From assembly GCA_046725655.1 (NCBI GenBank), contig JBKOYZ010000115.1, positions 1 to 53,137 of the forward strand: a DNA stretch of 53,137 nucleotides, read 5' to 3'. This document shows positions 48,511 through 53,137 of this stretch, one piece after another; position 1 is the stretch's first letter, and each line of letters begins with the position of its first letter. The position numbers and the translations under genes are program-made. The DNA comes from Actinomycetota bacterium (GTDB lineage Bacteria; Actinomycetota; Thermoleophilia; Gaiellales; Gaiellaceae). The notes beneath the pieces are model-generated. The model made no database searches. It saw only the letters and a program-made list of their open reading frames with translations, and was not told the DNA's origin.

Positions 48511-48824
48511 GAATCTTCCTCCACCCGGCGCCGGAGCGACGAGATGGCGGCGCTCCCCGCGGTGAGCGCAGCCACACCGCCGGCAATCAAGCCCGCTTTC
48601 AGGAGCGTGCCCCGGTGCGTGCGGCCGCGCAGAGCGGCAAGCGAGTCGCTCGCCGTGTCGAGAAGCTCTTTCGGTTCGCTCTTCGGGGGCAAAAGTCTCA
48701 TAACATCGGTCGCGTTGTCGAGAAGCTTTTCCGCCGCCTCGCTCTTCGTGCGAAGAAATCTCACCACTTCGGTCGCCGTGTCGAGAAGCTCTTTCGGTTC
48801 GCTCTTCGTGCGAAGAGGACTCAT
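48507..48824 (-). CDS. tail-anchored membrane protein with three ~21-aa repeats
   Basis: AAGGAG RBS; ATG overlaps the upstream stop (ATGA). Repeats KSEPKELLDTATEVVRFLRT / KSEAAEKLLDNATDVMRLLPP / KSEPKELLDTASDSLAALRG. C-terminal TM LLKAGLIAGGVAALTAGSAAI. Confidence 0.7.
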   Translation of the reverse strand: MSPLRTKSEPKELLDTATEVVRFLRTKSEAAEKLLDNATDVMRLLPPKSEPKELLDTASDSLAALRGRTHRGTLLKAGLIAGGVAALTAGSAAISSLRRRVEEDS

Positions 48825-49726
48825 GGCCGCGCTCCTTGTCTCCCCCGCCTTCGAGCGGCCTGCGTGATGGCCTCAACGAGCTCGTCCTTCGTCATGTCGG
48901 TTCTTTTCTCGATGCCGATGCTGGCCGCTAGCTCGACCAGCTCCGACTTCTTGTAGGCATCGAGACCGTCCGTCCCCTCCCGATCGAGCTCCCGCGCCGT
49001 CTGCTTCGCGGTTGCCGCTGCGCGTTCTCGCAGTGCCTCGGCCGCCTCGACACGCGCCTCGGCGTCGCTCGCTCGCTGCTTCGCTTCGTTCTGGAGCTGC
49101 TGCGCCTGGCGGTTGGCCTCCTCGGCGGCCGAGCGCGCAGCTTCGGCGGCCTCGTCGGCTAGCCGTTTCGCCTCGGCCAGTGCCTGGGCCGCGTCCTCGA
49201 CAAATTCTTCGGCCCGCCGCCGGGACTCCTCGGCAGCATTCTCGGCTTCGGCCATCTCGTTGTCGACCTCTTCCTCGACTTCCTCGCGGCGTTCTTTGGC
49301 GTCCGCCTCAGCATCTTGGCGTTCGCGCCTCATGAATTCTTCGGCCGCTTTCTGAGCCTCCGCAACTCGCTGCTTGACTTGCCGACTCGTTTCGCGGTCG
49401 ATGTCCTTCAGGCGGGCGCGACCACGCGCGTTGACCGCGCGAGCCTGGTCGGCGAGCGCCTTGGACTCCCGCGCGGCCTCGACGGCCTGCTCTTCGGCCT
49501 CCCGAGCGCGCTCCGTGGCGTCGTGCGCGCGCCTCGCGCGGATCTCGACAGAGTCACCGACAGGGCCGGCGTCGACCACGGCTGCCGTCACCTTCCGCCC
49601 CTTGTCGCGAGCGCCGGCCGCAGCGCCTCCGATTAGGTCCGCAGGCTTAACGGCCTGGGACACGAGCCAGGCAGCATTCGAGGGCATCTCCAGTAGACCA
49701 GTTCGCATTCGCTCAAGCACGGACAT
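48821..49726 (-). CDS. Ala/Glu/Arg-rich coiled-coil protein with C-terminal Rho_N/SAP-like domain
   Basis: Start set at ATG 49726 (MSVLERM), preceded by GGAAGGGG. About 200 aa of charged coiled coil. C-terminus LDAYKKSELVELAASIGIEKRTDMTKDELVEAI resembles the Rho N-terminal domain. Confidence 0.65.
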   Translation of the reverse strand: MSVLERMRTGLLEMPSNAAWLVSQAVKPADLIGGAAAGARDKGRKVTAAVVDAGPVGDSVEIRARRAHDATERAREAEEQAVEAARESKALADQARAVNARGRARLKDIDRETSRQVKQRVAEAQKAAEEFMRRERQDAEADAKERREEVEEEVDNEMAEAENAAEESRRRAEEFVEDAAQALAEAKRLADEAAEAARSAAEEANRQAQQLQNEAKQRASDAEARVEAAEALRERAAATAKQTARELDREGTDGLDAYKKSELVELAASIGIEKRTDMTKDELVEAITQAARRRGRQGARP

Positions 49727-50065
49727 CAGCCCCTTCCGGGTGGAATGACACGGAAACTCCTCACAGGCGCGCGTTCCCTTGTCGAGCCTGATCAAACCGG
49801 TGAAAACCTTCTGGCCGAGGGCCTTCGGCTGCTGGCCGCGGGCAGCCAGGGCCCGTGAGATCGCAGACCAGGCGGGCTTTCGCGCTCCCGGACCGTCAAG
49901 CGAGGCTCCAATCTCTAGGAAGGAGGCAACATCGGCTCCGACGGCAGAGTTGGCCACAGGCGCGCAGAGCGTCAGGCGCCGCTAGGTGACGACGTGCAGA
50001 ACGGTAGGGCGGCCCGACGTCTCATCCCACGTCGCGCCATCGTTCGACGATCGTTCGTTCCGGGA

Positions 50066-51691
50066 ATGGTTCTGGCCGTGCTCGAGCCGTGGTATCAAAA
50101 CGCCGTCTTCTACAGCCTCTCCGTCGAGACGTTCATGGACGGAAATGGGGACGGAGTCGGCGACTTCGCCGGGCTTCGCGATCGGCTCGACTATCTCGAG
50201 AGCCTCGGCGTCGATGCTCTCTGGCTCGCCCCGACACAGCCGACGCCAAACCGTGACGATGGCTACGACATCACGGACTACTACGGGATCGACGGGCGGC
50301 TTGGATCAAGCGGCGACTTTGTTGACTTCCTTTTCGAGGCTGAAGGGCGCGGGCTGCGCGTGCTGCTCGACCTAGTCGTGAACCATACGTCCGAGCGCCA
50401 TCCGTGGTTCGTGGACGCCAGGAGTAGCGACGAGTCCCCCTATCGCGATTGGTACGTCTGGTCGCGGAAGCGGCCACGCGCCGCTCGGTCCGGTGTCGTA
50501 TTCCCTGGTGTCCAGAGTTCGACGTGGTCGTACGCGCGAGAGGCGCGCTCGTGGTACTTCCACCGCTTCTACGACTTCGAGCCCGACCTGAACCTGGAGA
50601 ACCCGAGCGTTCGCGAGGAGATCCATCGGATCGTCGGCTACTGGCTGCGGCTCGGTGTTTCCGGTTTCCGTGTCGATGCTGTTCCCTTCCTGCTCGAGAA
50701 GCCGCAGCCGGACGGCGGCCGAGCACGGCTCCGGTTCGAGTACCTGCGCGAGCTGAGAGAAGTCGTCCAGTGGCGGCGTGGAGACGCAATCCTCCTCGGC
50801 GAGGCGAACGTCGTGCCGCGCGACGACCAGGCGTACTTCGCCAGCGGCGACGGACTCCACATGATGTTCAACTTCTGGGTGAACCAGCATCTGTTCGCGG
50901 CGCTTGCGACCGCCGACGCGCGCCCGCTTGCCGGGGCCCTCGCAGCGACCCGAAACATCCCCGCCGGCGCTCAATGGGCGTACTTTCTGCGCAATCACGA
51001 CGAGCTCGACCTCGGTCGGTTGGCCGACGACCAGCGCGAGGCCGTCTTCGCTCGGTTCGGACCTCAACCGTCGATGCAGCTCTACGGCCGTGGCATCCGA
51101 CGGCGCCTCGCAACAATGCTCGGCGACCAGCGCCGCTTGGAGTTCGCCTACAGCCTGCTCTTTTCGCTGCCAGGAGCGCCGGTGCTCCGATACGGAGAAG
51201 AAATCGGGATGGGCGAGAACCTGCGGCTCAAAGAACGCGATGCGATTCGAACCCCGATGCAGTGGACAGACGGGCGCAACGGCGGCTTCTCGACCAGCGA
51301 CCGCGTCGTGCGTCCGCCCATAGACAAAGGCCCCTACGGCCTCGCGTCCATCAACGTCCAGGACCAACTCCGGCGGCCGACGTCTCTACTGCGCTGGATG
51401 ATTCAAATGATCCGTGTCCGAAAAGAATGTCCCGAGATCGGGGCGGGCGCCTGGCGGATCCTGCCGACCGGCAGCCGCCGGGTACTCGCAATCGCTTACG
51501 AACGACACGGCTCCGGGGTGCTGTGCCTTCACAACTTCGACGAGGAGCCGCAGGAGATCACGCTCGATGTAAAGATCTGCGGCACCAACCGTTTGCGGAG
51601 CCTGCTTGGCAGGGGCGAAAGCGACGCGACTGGCGGGCGCCACCGGTTACGCCTCGAGCCGCTCGGCTACGAGTGGTATCGCGCAGGCTGA
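50066..51691 (+). CDS. GH13 alpha-amylase-family enzyme, trehalose synthase/alpha-glucosidase-like
   Basis: WYQNAVFYSL, DGNGDGVGDFAGL, DGYDITDYY. Conserved GH13 regions DLVVNHTS, GFRVDAVPF, LLGEA, FLRNHDEL. ATG 50066 chosen. Confidence 0.8.
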   Translation: MVLAVLEPWYQNAVFYSLSVETFMDGNGDGVGDFAGLRDRLDYLESLGVDALWLAPTQPTPNRDDGYDITDYYGIDGRLGSSGDFVDFLFEAEGRGLRVLLDLVVNHTSERHPWFVDARSSDESPYRDWYVWSRKRPRAARSGVVFPGVQSSTWSYAREARSWYFHRFYDFEPDLNLENPSVREEIHRIVGYWLRLGVSGFRVDAVPFLLEKPQPDGGRARLRFEYLRELREVVQWRRGDAILLGEANVVPRDDQAYFASGDGLHMMFNFWVNQHLFAALATADARPLAGALAATRNIPAGAQWAYFLRNHDELDLGRLADDQREAVFARFGPQPSMQLYGRGIRRRLATMLGDQRRLEFAYSLLFSLPGAPVLRYGEEIGMGENLRLKERDAIRTPMQWTDGRNGGFSTSDRVVRPPIDKGPYGLASINVQDQLRRPTSLLRWMIQMIRVRKECPEIGAGAWRILPTGSRRVLAIAYERHGSGVLCLHNFDEEPQEITLDVKICGTNRLRSLLGRGESDATGGRHRLRLEPLGYEWYRAG

Positions 51692-51781
51692 CGCACCTTC
51701 GAAGAGCGGACCTTGCGCAGTGGGACTTCGTGCACTGCCCCGCCGAGACGAAGCACGTGATCGTCGGCGCCGGCGCGAACG

Positions 51782-52882
51782 CTAGTGCGGCTCTGACGTT
51801 GGGAGGATGACCGTTGGACGATCCTCCCGGCTCGGGTCGCGATCGCGCACGATGACGTCGAAGAGGGTCGCGAGAACTGCCGCGAATGGTGTCGCAAGCG
51901 GAACCGCCGCGGGCCCGATCAAGATCCCTACAGCCGTGACGGAGAAGAGAACGACGAGCGGAGAAAGCTCAACGATTCCTCCAAGGACGCGGGGATTGAG
52001 GACGTAATCCTGTACGAGCCGAAACCCGTAGAACACCGCCGCCGTCTTCAGCGCGAGTTGCCACGAGACCGTGAGCGCGGCGCCGATCGCGGTCACCCCT
52101 GCAATCAGCGGCCCAATCACGGGCAGGATCTCGATCACACCCGCGAAGGAGCCAAGGAGAAGCGGGTATGGCACTCCCAGCAGCCAAAAGCACGACGAGA
52201 GCACGCTGCTGACGAGAAGCACCATCAGGAGGACGCCGCGGACATAAGCACCGAGGCGTAGGTCGATCAAGAGCCAAGTCTCCCGCGCAACGCGTCGCTT
52301 CGCGGGCGGCAACAGCGAGGTCACGAAGTCGATCGCGCGGTCGCGCTCGAAGATCCAGTACGTCGCAACGGCAAGCGTGAAGAAGATGCCCGCAAGCACT
52401 TCGAGGGCCGTTCTCGTCACCGAGCGCAGTGGGCCCACGAGGCGGCTCGCCGGAGGCAGATGATCGAGCCTACGCTTCACGGCGACGAGGATCGTCTGTT
52501 CGATCCCGCTTCTCCTCTTCGCGGCCCCAACTTCGGAACTCGACGTGCTCGCCAGCGCACGGTTGACTTGGTGAGTTGCCGTCGGAACGACGAGCCAGAG
52601 AAAGAGCGCGAGCAGACCCAGTAGAGCCACGTAGTGGAGCAACACCGTCATCAGCCGTGGTATGCCCCAGAGCGCAAGACGATGGACTGCCGGCCGCATG
52701 GCCGCCGCCAGCGTGATGGCGAGGAAGAGGAGGACAATCACGCCGCGCAGCCTCCACAGCGCCAGCGCCACGGCCACAAGCACCAGCACGACAAGTCCGG
52801 CGACGAAAACCTGCCTCGGCCGCCAAAGGAGATGTGACTCGCCGCTCGTGTTCACCCGCCTGTCTCGAATCTGCCCGCGCAT
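51782..52882 (-). CDS. AI-2E (PerM/YhhT) family transporter
   Basis: 366 aa, about 8 TM segments; family-typical C-terminal half (FAGVIEILPVIGPLIAGV, VQDYVLNPRV). Confidence 0.75.
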   Translation of the reverse strand: MRGQIRDRRVNTSGESHLLWRPRQVFVAGLVVLVLVAVALALWRLRGVIVLLFLAITLAAAMRPAVHRLALWGIPRLMTVLLHYVALLGLLALFLWLVVPTATHQVNRALASTSSSEVGAAKRRSGIEQTILVAVKRRLDHLPPASRLVGPLRSVTRTALEVLAGIFFTLAVATYWIFERDRAIDFVTSLLPPAKRRVARETWLLIDLRLGAYVRGVLLMVLLVSSVLSSCFWLLGVPYPLLLGSFAGVIEILPVIGPLIAGVTAIGAALTVSWQLALKTAAVFYGFRLVQDYVLNPRVLGGIVELSPLVVLFSVTAVGILIGPAAVPLATPFAAVLATLFDVIVRDRDPSREDRPTVILPTSEPH

Positions 52883-52971
52883 GAGCTGATTACTCGCCGG
52901 TGCGGCGTGCCGGGAGGTTCATTGCGGATGACTAACGCAGAAGAAGCCGAGCTCGGCACGGACCGTTCGCG

Positions 52972-53106
52972 GTGCGCTGGCTCATGCGCTACCTGCAGGA
53001 GCGCGACCTGTCGATCGAAGAGCTCGCCATGGTCGTTGGCTGCCTTGTCGCCCTCGCCGGGCCCGGACGGACGAGGGCGCTGTCGGCGCTACGCGGCGCG
53101 ATTTGA
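52972..53106 (+). CDS. small ORF (44 aa from GTG, or 40 aa from ATG 52984), conserved peptide copy 2
   Basis: VRWLMRYLQERDLSIEELAMVVGCLVALAGPGRTRALSALRGAI. In-frame TAA at 52933-35 upstream, TGA at 53104-06. Paralogous to 48108-48197 on the minus strand. Confidence 0.35.
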   Translation: MRWLMRYLQERDLSIEELAMVVGCLVALAGPGRTRALSALRGAI

Positions 53107-53137
53107 GGGAAGAGAGTCTCGTACGAGTCTCATGCGC

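Noticed and set aside
48650-48808. CRISPR-like periodic repeats (60-63 nt period)
   Set aside because: Only three units are present. They are in frame inside a well-supported CDS with RBS, ATG and a TM tail, the 'spacers' are related to each other, and no cas genes are present.
48198-52965. Prophage, IS or integrative element explaining the bracketed block
   Set aside because: No integrase, transposase, recombinase or phage structural gene was recognised. The hand-counted GC difference from the core genes is small and inconsistent.

Overview
High-GC window (about 70% by eye, not computed) that looks like core chromosome of an Actinomycetota-type bacterium; the taxon is inference only. Genes are tightly packed and many are translationally coupled through ATGA, GTGA or TTGA start/stop overlaps. 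Left to right: a partial epimerase and a secreted protein; an OmpR-type two-component pair; queA-tgt-yajC-secDF joined to a small coiled-coil gene, plsC and a UbiB/ABC1-like kinase; an orphan pseudo-receiver regulator; an ECF sigma-ogt pair divergent from mraZ. Next comes a complete dcw cluster (mraZ, rsmH, ftsL, ftsI, murE, murF, mraY, murD, ftsW, murG, murC, murB, ftsQ, ftsZ), interrupted by a small gene and an inverted mrdA. It is followed by gcvT-gcvH-gcvPA-gcvPB, ltaE, a CaCA antiporter, a HAD hydrolase and a Cys-rich ORF, then nfo with an AlkZ/YcaQ-like glycosylase, gltX and an M3-like peptidase. The right end looks more accessory: an MFS transporter, a three-gene coiled-coil/repeat-protein operon, a GH13 enzyme and an AI-2E transporter. 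I recognised no rRNA, tRNA, CRISPR array, transposase, integrase or known defence system. The most unusual signals are non-coding or repeat-based. (1) A ~69-nt double-hairpin element occurs in two convergent-gene gaps, with compensatory stem changes and flanking duplications of the upstream gene's stop-codon region. (2) The 164-nt murF-mraY spacer is a long palindrome whose mismatches all become G-U pairs on the minus strand. (3) Inverted paralogous segments encode a conserved ~30-aa peptide and bracket the 48.2-53.0 kb block. (4) Four 10-nt-phased GTGG boxes overlap the mraZ promoter. All family calls come from motif recognition by eye; no database search was possible.
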